This document shows, in pieces, positions 1 through 8,058 of a DNA stretch of 38,701 bases. Position 1 is the first letter of the stretch; every line of letters starts with the position of its first letter. This DNA is from Shigella phage ESh8. Position numbers and translations under genes: made by a program. The DNA is taken from sequence record ON528721; one strand, 5' to 3'. A model generated the notes under the pieces. That model was not told where the DNA came from, ran no database searches, and saw nothing but the letters and a program-made list of their open reading frames with translations.

Positions 1-1182
1 AACTCTGCTGCTGCCGCTAAGGTCTCAGAGACCAACGCTAAGGCCTCCGAGGAGAGAGCAATCACTGAGGCGAGCAAGCTGGGAAACATGAATGACTTTG
101 CTGGTACAATCGACAAGGTTGAAGGTGTAAACGTGTGGTTCAAAGGGACACTCGTTACTACCCAGAACATCACCGGAGGTGGGCTTATTTCCACAGGCCA
201 CGCTAATATTGGTAAAGGTCTTGCGGTTCAGGAGAATGGTACTTTCGGTATCGACTTAACAGTCCAGCGCGACATTTATGGAAATCGTAACATGACAGTC
301 GCTGGTAACTCTTGGTTGCAGGGAGGTATTAACCAGTCGGCAGCCTCCACCGTGTATAACCAGCTGTATCGCCTTCACCTGAGCAATACGCCAATGCACG
401 TAGGGAACCGTCAAGGTGTCCACATTGGATGGAACGAGTCGAACGCTAGAGGTGAAGCTGTCTTTTTGAATAACCAAGGTGGTGGTGATGGTGGGTTCGT
501 GTTCCGTACAGTTAACGCCGCCAACTCAGTTGAGAAGGGTCGTGTCGATTTTACTCAGGACGGTAACATCTACGCGAATCGCCTACAGGTTCGTTCCGGT
601 GCCAGAATTGAGGGGAACAACAACATCGTAGGTCAGTACCTCTACGCAGGAATGGGCACCGCGACACTAAACCCGGATGGGAACCTTAGCGGCGGTGTGT
701 GGAACAACGTTGGTGGAAACCTTTGGGGAATGCTCCACGACAACTACAGGTTCGCCAAACCTCCTGCTGGTGTCCGGCTGTACACAGGCCGTGGCAGGGA
801 CTACATTGAGGGTAACGTTGATGGTACATCCGTTGGGTTCCGCTGGTTCCAGTCTGACAGAAGGCTTAAAGAGAACCTCAAGGTTGTTCGCTCTGCTGAT
901 GATATGCTCAATATTATCCGCTCGTATATTCCGGTTTCCTATAAATATAAGGACTCTGAGTACGTTGACAACCGTGGGAAGACTGTTACTGTCACCGGTA
1001 AGAACTCTCGTGCTGGTTTCATTACTCAGGACTTGATTCGAATCTGGCCAGAGGCGGTTGATATAATGAGCGACGGTATGCAGTCTCCAGACCCTAACCA
1101 GATTATTGGCGGACTGATGCTGCTTGTTAAGAACCTAGATGAACGTGTTCAGGCGCTTGAATCTAAACTTATGACAGACTAA
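1..1182 (+). CDS. 17: Tail fiber protein gp17, C-terminal portion (5' end cut by window start; open in frame 1 from nt 1). Contains divergent receptor-binding region and a C-terminal intramolecular chaperone-like domain (approx 853..1182)
   Basis: No stop in frame 1 from nt 1 to 1182; preceded logically by T7-like gp17 N-terminus at window end; position immediately upstream of holin 17.5; C-terminal motif WFQSDRRLKENL typical of peptidase S74 / endosialidase-chaperone domains. Confidence 0.85.
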   Translation, partial: NSAAAAKVSETNAKASEERAITEASKLGNMNDFAGTIDKVEGVNVWFKGTLVTTQNITGGGLISTGHANIGKGLAVQENGTFGIDLTVQRDIYGNRNMTVAGNSWLQGGINQSAASTVYNQLYRLHLSNTPMHVGNRQGVHIGWNESNARGEAVFLNNQGGGDGGFVFRTVNAANSVEKGRVDFTQDGNIYANRLQVRSGARIEGNNNIVGQYLYAGMGTATLNPDGNLSGGVWNNVGGNLWGMLHDNYRFAKPPAGVRLYTGRGRDYIEGNVDGTSVGFRWFQSDRRLKENLKVVRSADDMLNIIRSYIPVSYKYKDSEYVDNRGKTVTVTGKNSRAGFITQDLIRIWPEAVDIMSDGMQSPDPNQIIGGLMLLVKNLDERVQALESKLMTD

Positions 1183-1193
1183 GGAGGTGTTAA

Positions 1194-1397
1194 ATGTTAT
1201 CCTTCGACTTCAACAATGAGGTCGTTAAGGCTGCGCCTATTGTTGGCACAGGGGTCGCTGATGGGGCGGCCCGACTCTTTTGGGGACTATCGTTAAACGA
1301 ATGGTTCTACGTTGCAGCTATCGCCTACACAGTGGTTCAGATTGGTGCCAAGGTAGTCGATAAGATGATTGACTGGAAACGTGCAAACAAGGAGTAA
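1194..1397 (+). CDS. 17.5: Class II holin (gp17.5), 67 aa
   Basis: 67 aa, hydrophobic segments, strong RBS TAAGGAGGT, position between tail fiber and gene 18 exactly as in T7. Confidence 0.9.
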   Translation: MLSFDFNNEVVKAAPIVGTGVADGAARLFWGLSLNEWFYVAAIAYTVVQIGAKVVDKMIDWKRANKE

Positions 1398-1400
1398 CCT

Positions 1401-1667
1401 ATGAGCGACAAGACTTTAATCAAGCTGCTGGAGATGCTAGACACGGAGATGGCACAGCGTATGCTTGCTGACCTCCAGAGCGAGGAACGCCGAACGCCGC
1501 AGCTTTACAACGCAATCGGCAAACTGTTAGACCGCCATAAGTTCCAAATCAGTAAGCTGACCCCGGATGAGAACATCCTTGGCGGTCTCGCGGCTGGTCT
1601 GGAAGACTACAACAAAGTGGTCGGCCCTAATGGTCTGACTGATGATGAGACTATCACGCTACAGTAA
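1401..1667 (+). CDS. 18: Terminase small subunit / DNA maturation protein A (gp18), 88 aa
   Basis: Size and position match T7 gp18 (89 aa); RBS AAGGAG. Confidence 0.85.
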   Translation: MSDKTLIKLLEMLDTEMAQRMLADLQSEERRTPQLYNAIGKLLDRHKFQISKLTPDENILGGLAAGLEDYNKVVGPNGLTDDETITLQ

Positions 1668-1673
1668 GTGACA

Positions 1674-1712
1674 TACTCAAGGTTCTCCACGCGGGAGCCT
1701 TTATGGATGTTA
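1674..1712 (+). promoter_or_regulatory. RNase III-type processing hairpin (R18.5-like)
   Basis: Motif ACTCAAGG-stem-loop-CCTTTATGGAT shared with 8 other intergenic sites in this window. Confidence 0.55.
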
Positions 1713-1755
1713 TTTGGTGCATCTACGTGAAATCTGAAAATCGATGGGAGGTGTT

Positions 1756-2208
1756 ATGCTAAAACTTTTACGCAGCGCACTCCCTTGGGTACTCGCCGGG
1801 ACACTCTTTATGGGTGGCTGGCACTTAGGGTCAACCCATGAGAGAGCAAACTGTAAGGAGGTAATCCAAAATGAATACATTGCGAAAACAAAAGCAACCG
1901 CAGCAACTCAGGCAGAGGTCAGTCGGGTATCCCGTGAGTACCAAGAAGAGATTGCAGCCATTGAAGGCAGCACTGATAGGATGCTTAATGACCTGCGTAG
2001 TAATAATAAGCGGCTGTCAGTCCGCATCAAGACCCTTACCGGACTACCAGAAGATAACGGTAGATGCGAGTTTAATGGTCGAGCCGAACTACACGAGTCA
2101 GATGCTAAGCGTATTATCGGAATAACCCAAGCTGCTGATGCTCACGTAAGAGCGCTCCAGCGTACTATTAAGGAGATGCAGAATGAGCGACACCCAAGCA
2201 AACCGTAA
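1756..2208 (+). CDS. 18.5: Rz-like i-spanin (gp18.5); ORF track starts at 1744 but ATG 1756 better placed behind GGGAGG
   Basis: N-terminal TM segment then coiled-coil-like sequence; position before terminase large subunit; contains embedded Rz1-like ORF in +1 frame. Confidence 0.85.
   Translation: MLKLLRSALPWVLAGTLFMGGWHLGSTHERANCKEVIQNEYIAKTKATAATQAEVSRVSREYQEEIAAIEGSTDRMLNDLRSNNKRLSVRIKTLTGLPEDNGRCEFNGRAELHESDAKRIIGITQAADAHVRALQRTIKEMQNERHPSKP
1871..2125 (+). CDS. 18.7: Rz1-like o-spanin lipoprotein (gp18.7) embedded in a different frame within 18.5
   Basis: 84 aa, signal peptide with lipobox-like IISGC, proline-rich mature part, fully nested in Rz ORF as in T7. Confidence 0.8.
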   Translation: MNTLRKQKQPQQLRQRSVGYPVSTKKRLQPLKAALIGCLMTCVVIISGCQSASRPLPDYQKITVDASLMVEPNYTSQMLSVLSE

Positions 2209-3946
2209 TGCGCTAATCATTGCGCAGCTTAAGGGTGACTTCGTGGCCTTCCTGTTCGTATTGTGGAAGGCTTTGGCCCTCCCGCCGCCGACTAAGTGTC
2301 AGATTGATATGGCCCGGTGTCTGGCTAACGGAGACAACAAGAAGTTTATCCTACAGGCTTTCCGTGGTATCGGTAAGTCATTCATCACCTGTGCGTTCGT
2401 TGTGTGGACGTTATGGCGTGACCCTCAGTTGAAGATACTAATTGTCTCTGCATCCAAAGAACGTGCGGACGCTAACTCCATCTTCATCAAGAACATCATT
2501 GACCTGCTGCCCTTCTTGGCTGAGCTAAAGCCTCGCCCCGGTCAGCGTGACTCTGTGATTAGTTTCGATGTTGGCCCTGCCAAGCCTGACCACTCTCCGT
2601 CTGTGAAGTCGGTGGGTATCACTGGTCAGTTGACTGGTAGTCGTGCTGATATCATCATAGCGGATGACGTTGAGATTCCGTCTAACTCCGCAACTCAAGG
2701 TGCCCGTGAGAAGCTGTGGACTCTGGTGCAGGAATTTGCCGCACTGCTGAAACCGCTGCCGACTTCTCGCGTTATCTACCTTGGTACGCCTCAAACCGAA
2801 ATGACCTTGTACAAGGAACTCGAAGATAACCGTGGGTACACCACAATCATCTGGCCTGCGCTCTATCCGCGTAGCCGTGAGGAAGACCTGTACTATGGCG
2901 ACCGTCTGGCCCCGATGCTCCGCGAAGAGTTCAACGATGGGTTCGAGATGCTCCAAGGTCAACCGACTGACCCCGTGCGCTTCGATATGGAAGACCTGCG
3001 TGAGCGTGAGTTGGAATACGGTAAGGCTGGCTTCACTTTGCAGTTCATGCTCAACCCGAACCTGAGTGATGCCGAGAAGTACCCCTTACGCCTCCGTGAC
3101 GCTATCGTGTGCGGTCTGGACTTCGAGAAAGCCCCAATGCATTACCAGTGGCTTCCGAACCGTCAGAATCGCAATGAAGAGCTACCTAACGTGGGCCTTA
3201 AGGGTGATGATATTCATAGCTATCATTCGTGCAGCCAGAACACTGGACAGTACCAGCAGCGCATCATCGTGATCGACCCGAGTGGTCGCGGTAAGGATGA
3301 GACTGGTTACGCAGTGTTATTCACCCTGAATGGCTACATCTATCTGATGGAAGCTGGCGGGTTCCGCGATGGTTATTCCGATAAGACCCTTGAGTCCCTC
3401 GCTAAGAAAGCGAAGCAGTGGAAGGTTCAGACAGTGGTCTTCGAGAGTAACTTCGGGGATGGTATGTTTGGTAAGGTATTCAGCCCTGTGCTCCTGAAAC
3501 ACCATGCAGCCTCTATGGAAGAGATTCGTGCTCGTGGTATGAAGGAACTACGCATTTGTGATACGCTGGAGCCTGTACTCTCTACGCACCGCCTTGTGAT
3601 TCGTGACGAGGTGATTCGTGAGGACTACCAGACTGCCCGTGACGCTGATGGCAAGCATGATGTTCGCTATTCGCTGTTCTACCAGTTGACCCGTATGGCT
3701 CGTGAGAAGGGCGCTGTGGCCCACGATGACCGACTTGATGCACTAGCATTGGGTGTGGAGTTCTTACGCTCTACGATGGAACTGGACGCCGTGAAGGTGG
3801 AGGCTGAGGTGCTTGAGGCGTTCTTAGAGGAACACATGGAGCACCCAATCCATTCGGCTGGTCACGTAGTTACCGCTATGGTTGACGGGATGGAACTCTA
3901 TTGGGAGGATGACGATGCGAATAGCAACAGGTTCATTGACTGGTAG
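2183..3946 (+). CDS. 19: Terminase large subunit / DNA maturation protein B (gp19), 587 aa
   Basis: 587 aa (T7 gp19 586 aa); Walker A-like GIGKS; start overlaps 18.5 end. Confidence 0.95.
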   Translation: MSDTQANRNALIIAQLKGDFVAFLFVLWKALALPPPTKCQIDMARCLANGDNKKFILQAFRGIGKSFITCAFVVWTLWRDPQLKILIVSASKERADANSIFIKNIIDLLPFLAELKPRPGQRDSVISFDVGPAKPDHSPSVKSVGITGQLTGSRADIIIADDVEIPSNSATQGAREKLWTLVQEFAALLKPLPTSRVIYLGTPQTEMTLYKELEDNRGYTTIIWPALYPRSREEDLYYGDRLAPMLREEFNDGFEMLQGQPTDPVRFDMEDLRERELEYGKAGFTLQFMLNPNLSDAEKYPLRLRDAIVCGLDFEKAPMHYQWLPNRQNRNEELPNVGLKGDDIHSYHSCSQNTGQYQQRIIVIDPSGRGKDETGYAVLFTLNGYIYLMEAGGFRDGYSDKTLESLAKKAKQWKVQTVVFESNFGDGMFGKVFSPVLLKHHAASMEEIRARGMKELRICDTLEPVLSTHRLVIRDEVIREDYQTARDADGKHDVRYSLFYQLTRMAREKGAVAHDDRLDALALGVEFLRSTMELDAVKVEAEVLEAFLEEHMEHPIHSAGHVVTAMVDGMELYWEDDDANSNRFIDW

Positions 3947-4026
3947 TTATGCATATTGAGTGCATAAGGAAGCATTGAGACCACGGATGGTCACTTTAAG
4001 AAACTCCTTAAGAATCAATGAGTTTG

Positions 4027-4049
4027 AATTAACCCTCACTAAAGGGAGA
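4027..4049 (+). promoter_or_regulatory. T3-type phage RNAP promoter (phiOR-like), AATTAACCCTCACTAAAGGGAGA
   Basis: Exact match to T3 promoter consensus; located after gene 19 before 19.5 as phiOR in T7. Confidence 0.9.
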
Positions 4050-4190
4050 GAGGGGACTTAAAGCTATTATATAGGTTAGTCATTCAGGTTATGCAATGAC
4101 CCTTTATGCACTTTAAGTCTACCTCTATGATTGGTGATATTATCATTGTATAATCACCCTACCTTAGAGCAACTGAAAGGAGGTGGCTCA

Positions 4191-4340
4191 ATGTTACGCT
4201 TGCTGATTGCCCTGCTGCGTCATAGAGTCACTTGGCGATTTCTTCTGGTACTTACTGCTACCCTTGGGTACGCAGGTCTTACTGACCACCTCGGTCAACT
4301 GGAAGTGGCCTTTTGCTCTATACTCTCTTGTGGGGATTAA
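4191..4340 (+). CDS. 19.5: gp19.5-like small protein, 49 aa (ORF track start 4131 is upstream of RBS; ATG 4191 preferred)
   Basis: MLRLLIALLRHRVTWRFLLVL... closely resembles T7 gp19.5 (49 aa); RBS AAAGGAGG. Confidence 0.8.
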   Translation: MLRLLIALLRHRVTWRFLLVLTATLGYAGLTDHLGQLEVAFCSILSCGD

Positions 4341-4419
4341 ATTATTGTTGATGACCGACAAGCGGCTCTGAGGGATTCGTAGGTATAGTTTCACTACACC
4401 AACTCATCCCTGTAGAGTC

Positions 4420-4910
4420 AACCCTAAAGGTTATACCTAAAGATGCCCTGTAGTTCGTAATGGTCTTACAGGGTCTTCTGGTGTCTCCTAGCTATCCCTT
4501 CGGGATGCACCTATGGTCTCACCTATGGTGTGGCCTTACCTAAAGTGGTTGCCTAAAGAGACCCTTTAAGTATTTACCACAAAAATCTGAATGGGTATCT
4601 CACAGTTCAAGAACCCAAAGTACCCCCATAGCCCTCCTAAAGCCACCTAAAGCCAGCCCTACCCCTAGGGTTTAACCTTCGGTTAACCTTGGGTATCTCC
4701 TCAAGTGGCCTATAGGATAGCCTAAAGTGTTGCCTAAAGTCAATACCTAAAGAGGTGGCTGCCTATTGGAGACTTAAAGAGTGTCCTAGTGTACCAGTTC
4801 GATAGTACATCTCTATGCGTCCCTATCTGTTAGCCTCATAAAGTAAACCCTAAAGCCGCCACCTAAAGACCAGACCTAAAGCCATCACCTAAAGAGTGCC
4901 GCTATCTTAA
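4420..4910 (+). repeat. Array of dispersed CCTAAAG-type heptamer repeats (about 13 copies) spanning the genome-end region
   Basis: CCTAAAG or ACCTAAAG seen at approx 4423, 4437, 4549, 4562, 4648, 4658, 4729, 4743, 4756, 4849, 4865, 4878, 4893; same motif class as T7 end-region short repeats. Confidence 0.8.
4598..4828 (+). repeat. Probable terminal repeat (single collapsed copy; boundaries approximate)
   Basis: Starts with TCTCACAGTTCAAGAACCCAAAGTACCCCCATAG, matching remembered T3/T7 left-end sequence pattern; lies between right-end genes (19.5) and left-end early promoters. Confidence 0.5.
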
Positions 4911-4976
4911 AGACAACCAGACCGATAGACCCATTGTTAACCTGTAGTGATGCCCTGTAGTTATCTGTAGTCAATT

Positions 4977-4999
4977 CAATTACCCTCACTAAAGGGAAT
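4977..4999 (+). promoter_or_regulatory. Variant phage RNAP promoter (phiOL-like), CAATTACCCTCACTAAAGGGAAT
   Basis: Core CCCTCACTAAAGGGA present, one A missing in upstream AATTAA box; position left of host promoters as phiOL in T7. Confidence 0.6.
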
Positions 5000-5052
5000 A
5001 AGGGATACTTAAAGAGGGAATAAGGGATTTAATAAAAGATTTAAATTAATGG

Positions 5053-5082
5053 TTGACTTTAAGTAACCCTTAAGGCTATTAT
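5053..5082 (+). promoter_or_regulatory. Host sigma70-type early promoter (A1-like): TTGACT - 18 nt - TATTAT
   Basis: -35 TTGACT at 5053, -10 TATTAT at 5077. Confidence 0.7.
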
Positions 5083-5181
5083 TCATCACGTCAACGGGAC
5101 AACGGCCTTAAAGCCACTCCCTGAGATACCGGAGTCAACCGGATAAGTAGACAGCCTGATAAGTCATACGAAAAACAGGCA

Positions 5182-5211
5182 TTGACAACATGAAGTAACA
5201 TGCAGTAAGAT
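5182..5211 (+). promoter_or_regulatory. Host sigma70-type early promoter (A2-like): TTGACA - 18 nt - TAAGAT
   Basis: Sequence TTGACAACATGAAGTAACATGCAGTAAGATAC is the remembered T7 A2 promoter. Confidence 0.8.
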
Positions 5212-5286
5212 ACACAGCGTCAACCGGACACAAGGTGTCTTCTAGGTGACTTAAGCGCACCACGGCACATAAAGTGAAACAAACGG

Positions 5287-5315
5287 TTGACAACATGAAG
5301 TAAGCACGGTACGAT
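5287..5315 (+). promoter_or_regulatory. Host sigma70-type early promoter (A3-like): TTGACA - 17 nt - TACGAT
   Basis: TTGACAACATGAAGTAAGCACGGTACGATGTACC matches remembered T7 A3. Confidence 0.8.
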
Positions 5316-5530
5316 GTACCACATGAAAGACACCGAGTGTCGTAGGTGTAAAAACGCGACATAGTGGATAGATGGCGAAAGCACAAGCGACCACGATAAT
5401 AAAGAGCTTGTCGCACTTATAACGCAAGTGACGGCTAACACTGAAATAGCCTCGGCTCAACGAAACTGTAGCCTAAAGTTCTTTAACAATCTGGATAATA
5501 GCTCTTGAGTGTACCGATGTATAAGCGAAT

Positions 5531-5572
5531 AACTCAAGGTCGCACTGAAAGCGTGGCCTTTATGATATTCAC
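5531..5572 (+). promoter_or_regulatory. RNase III-type processing hairpin upstream of gene 0.3 (R0.3-like)
   Basis: ACTCAAGGTCGCACTGAAAGCGTGGCCTTTATGAT; stem GGTCGCAC/GTGGCC with G-U pairs. Confidence 0.65.
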
Positions 5573-5602
5573 TTAACACGAACTAACATGAGGTAACACC
5601 AA

Positions 5603-6061
5603 ATGATTTTCACTAAAGAGCCTGCTAACGTCTTCTATGTACTGGTGTCAGCTTTCCGTTCTAACCTTGATGATGAGGTGAACATGAGCCGCCACCGCCA
5701 CATGGTTAGCACTTTACGTGCCGCACCGGGTCTTTATGGCTCCGTTGAGTCAACCGATTTGACCGGGTGCTATCGTGAGGCAATCGCAAGCGCACCGACT
5801 GAGGAAAAAACGGTTCGTGTACGCTGCAAGGACAAGGCGCAGGCACTCAATGTTGCACGATTAGCTTGCAATGAGTGGGAGCAAGATTGCGTACTGGTAT
5901 ACAAATCACAGACTCACACGGCTGGTCTGGTGTACGCTAAAGGTATCGACGGGTATAAGGCTGAACGCCTGCCGGGTAGCTTCCAAGAGGTTCCTAAAGG
6001 CGCACCACTGCAAGGCTGCTTTACGATTGACGAGTTCTGTCGCCGCTGGCAAGTACAGTAA
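5603..6061 (+). CDS. 0.3: S-adenosylmethionine-degrading enzyme (T3 SAMase, anti-restriction), 152 aa
   Basis: 152 aa; sequence MIFTKEPANVFYVLVSAFRSNL... recognised as T3 gp0.3 SAMase; first early gene after host promoters. Confidence 0.9.
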   Translation: MIFTKEPANVFYVLVSAFRSNLDDEVNMSRHRHMVSTLRAAPGLYGSVESTDLTGCYREAIASAPTEEKTVRVRCKDKAQALNVARLACNEWEQDCVLVYKSQTHTAGLVYAKGIDGYKAERLPGSFQEVPKGAPLQGCFTIDEFCRRWQVQ

Positions 6062-6065
6062 GTGA

Positions 6066-6108
6066 TAGACTCAAGGTCGCACTGTATGTGTGGCCTTTAT
6101 GATTATCA
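6066..6108 (+). promoter_or_regulatory. RNase III-type processing hairpin immediately downstream of gene 0.3
   Basis: ACTCAAGGTCGCACTGTATGTGTGGCCTTTATGATTATC. Confidence 0.65.
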
Positions 6109-6134
6109 CTTTAACATGCAATAGGACTAACACC

Positions 6135-6335
6135 ATGAGTAAACTTCTGGCAACCTCCAAAATCCAAGGACAATGCACTGTAACGCTGCGTGAGTATTAC
6201 CACGGGTCGATGGGATGCACCTATGTTGTGCGCTACGGCAAACAGGTCACGCACTGGGTAAACCCGATTTTAGCACAAGAGGATTATCAAGCCTGTGTGA
6301 TACACCAAGCAACATGTGCGGGCTGGAATGATTGA
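6135..6335 (+). CDS. Hypothetical early protein, 66 aa, Cys/His-containing
   Basis: ORF in early region; ATG 6135 chosen because the ORF-track GTG at 6090 lies inside the RNase III hairpin; weak RBS. Confidence 0.5.
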   Translation: MSKLLATSKIQGQCTVTLREYYHGSMGCTYVVRYGKQVTHWVNPILAQEDYQACVIHQATCAGWND

Positions 6336-6354
6336 CATTACAGGAGGATTAGCA

Positions 6355-6513
6355 ATGGCTATACTTATCACTATCGCACTCTTTGCGGTCGCTGGCTGGT
6401 ACTCTGAGTCACGCAAGGCCGCTCGCTATCATCGCAAGATGGTTAAACTCATGGAACACTTGGACGCAGAAGGGCGAGGCCGCGAGGCTATCGAACTGGT
6501 GAAACACGCATGA
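6355..6513 (+). CDS. Hypothetical early small membrane protein, 52 aa
   Basis: Strong RBS CAGGAGGA 7 nt upstream of ATG 6355; N-terminal hydrophobic helix AILITIALFAVAGWY. Confidence 0.6.
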   Translation: MAILITIALFAVAGWYSESRKAARYHRKMVKLMEHLDAEGRGREAIELVKHA

Positions 6514-6707
6514 TGATTCTCTTTATCGCACTGGTCTATCTGTGCATCGCTATGTACTTTATGCGAGACTTTAAGCGCGGTCTGGCAATACACAAGGCAA
6601 CGCTGAGTTACTTTAAGTGGGGATTCATCCCACGGTTTACGGTTCGTGAACGTAACGGACGCTTTAAGGCCAACAAGGTAGGAGTATTCTACATTGCTAC
6701 GCACTAA
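6510..6707 (+). CDS. Hypothetical early small membrane protein, 65 aa
   Basis: ATGA start/stop overlap with upstream ORF (translational coupling); N-terminal hydrophobic helix. Confidence 0.55.
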   Translation: MMILFIALVYLCIAMYFMRDFKRGLAIHKATLSYFKWGFIPRFTVRERNGRFKANKVGVFYIATH

Positions 6708-6756
6708 CTCAAAGCACGTAAAGATTGCACTGTATGCGATGGCTTATGGTGCATCG
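6706..6756 (+). promoter_or_regulatory. Degenerate RNase III-type hairpin (R0.5-like)
   Basis: ACTCAAAG...CACTGTATGCGATGGCTTATGG resembles the shared motif but with substitutions. Confidence 0.4.
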
Positions 6757-6878
6757 AAACGCAAGGTCAAACGCATCTTAACGAGACACCGCAAGATGAC
6801 CGCACGACAGGCTGCAAGCGCTGTCAAATGGGCTGAATTTACTCTTTACTCTTCTTACAGATAACAGGACACTGAACG

Positions 6879-7988
6879 ATGACTTTCACCGAAGCACAAG
6901 CCGCACTCGAAGCTATCCGCAACCTACCGATTGAGCGCCTGAACGAACGCCAGCCCATGCTGGTGGCTCTTGCGGCTGCTATCGTGAACGATGAGACTCA
7001 AGACGGCGAACTGACGCAGGCCAAAGGCAATTGGGGTCTGGAGTCTATGGACTACTGGCAGACACTGGCGGAGCGTATGCGTGATGTTGGATTTGTACGA
7101 TTGGGCAACGGTCACTTTAGCGCAGCATATGAGCACGCACTGTTACCGGGCAAGGTTATCAAGGTAGGCTTTAAGAAAGAGGACTCAGGCGCTGCCTATG
7201 CTGCCTTCTGCCGCATGAATCAGGGTCGTGAGGGTATCCCTACGGTGTACGACATTCAGCGTCATACAGGCTGCTACACGGTGGTCTTGGACTATCTGAC
7301 ACCACTTAACGATTGGTGCTACGGTGAAAGCGATAAGATTCGCCACCACTTTCAGGCTGCACAGGAAATCATTCAGGAGGATTGCTTCGATACCGCCGAA
7401 GAGTACCCGATAAGCGAGGGCTTCATTGAGACCTGCAAGGATATCCGCAAGTTCTTCTTAGGCATCGCATCGTTCGACTGTCACAGCGGTAACATGATGA
7501 AAGACCAGATGGGACGCCTGATTATCACAGACCCGGTATCATTCAGCGCAGACGACAAGTTAAAGCCGGGTGAATTTCACTGTGACCCGGATGAACTAAT
7601 CGCCGAGATTGAGGCGCTGAGAGCGCAGGAAGCGATTGACCGCTGTAAGGCACGCAAGGCACGCCGTGACCCTAAAGGAACCTTTCAGGTAGCACGTAAA
7701 GCACGTATCAAATGGCGCAGAAAGGCCTCTAAGCGTGAGAAGCGCAACGCTAAGGTACTCGCTAAGATGCGCATGGACGCCAATCAGAATCGCAGGGATG
7801 AGCCTAGGGCGCGTATGGTGTGGGGCGATAAGCACTGGCGCAACGCTTGGATGTACCACAATAACCTAAACTTTGCAGAACTGGAGCGTAAAGCCGCTGC
7901 GGTAATGATGATGCACGATGAGGTGCGCATTCAGTGGGGCAAACCGTTACACATAGACGCATACCTTGACAGGAGACTGCAAGGCTGA
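6879..7988 (+). CDS. 0.7: Serine/threonine protein kinase, host transcription shutoff (gp0.7), 369 aa
   Basis: N-terminal region with GNGHFSAAY...VIKVGFKKEDSGAAY...CRM..G..GIP.VYD matches T7 gp0.7 kinase; basic C-terminal half. Confidence 0.9.
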   Translation: MTFTEAQAALEAIRNLPIERLNERQPMLVALAAAIVNDETQDGELTQAKGNWGLESMDYWQTLAERMRDVGFVRLGNGHFSAAYEHALLPGKVIKVGFKKEDSGAAYAAFCRMNQGREGIPTVYDIQRHTGCYTVVLDYLTPLNDWCYGESDKIRHHFQAAQEIIQEDCFDTAEEYPISEGFIETCKDIRKFFLGIASFDCHSGNMMKDQMGRLIITDPVSFSADDKLKPGEFHCDPDELIAEIEALRAQEAIDRCKARKARRDPKGTFQVARKARIKWRRKASKREKRNAKVLAKMRMDANQNRRDEPRARMVWGDKHWRNAWMYHNNLNFAELERKAAAVMMMHDEVRIQWGKPLHIDAYLDRRLQG

Positions 7989-7989
7989 T

Positions 7990-8030
7990 AGAGTCTTTTC
8001 TTACAGGTCATCATGTGGTGGCCTGAATAG
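7990..8030 (+). promoter_or_regulatory. RNase III-type hairpin upstream of gene 1 (R1-like)
   Basis: ACAGGTCATCATGTGGTGGCCTGAATAGG; stem GGTCATCA/GTGGTGGCC-like. Confidence 0.45.
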
Positions 8031-8058
8031 GAACGATTTATTCACAATGAGGTAAGCA

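Noticed and set aside
677-1036. 119-aa + strand ORF in an alternative frame inside the tail fiber gene
   Set aside because: Nested in the gp17 coding frame with no start signals; composition looks like frame-shifted translation.
2220-3272. Several 68-77 aa + strand ORFs in alternative frames inside terminase gene 19 (2220..2432, 2832..3065, 3066..3272)
   Set aside because: T7 annotations historically list 19.2/19.3 inside gene 19, but I see no RBS or sequence evidence here; treated as frame noise.
5135-5460. Three overlapping minus-strand ORFs (69-93 aa) in the early promoter region
   Set aside because: They overlap the A2/A3-like promoters, lack RBS and are Cys/Arg-rich low-complexity translations; most likely non-coding leader DNA.
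6090-6134. ORF-track start (GTG) at 6090 for the first small early ORF
   Set aside because: The GTG lies inside the RNase III-type hairpin with no RBS; ATG 6135 used instead.
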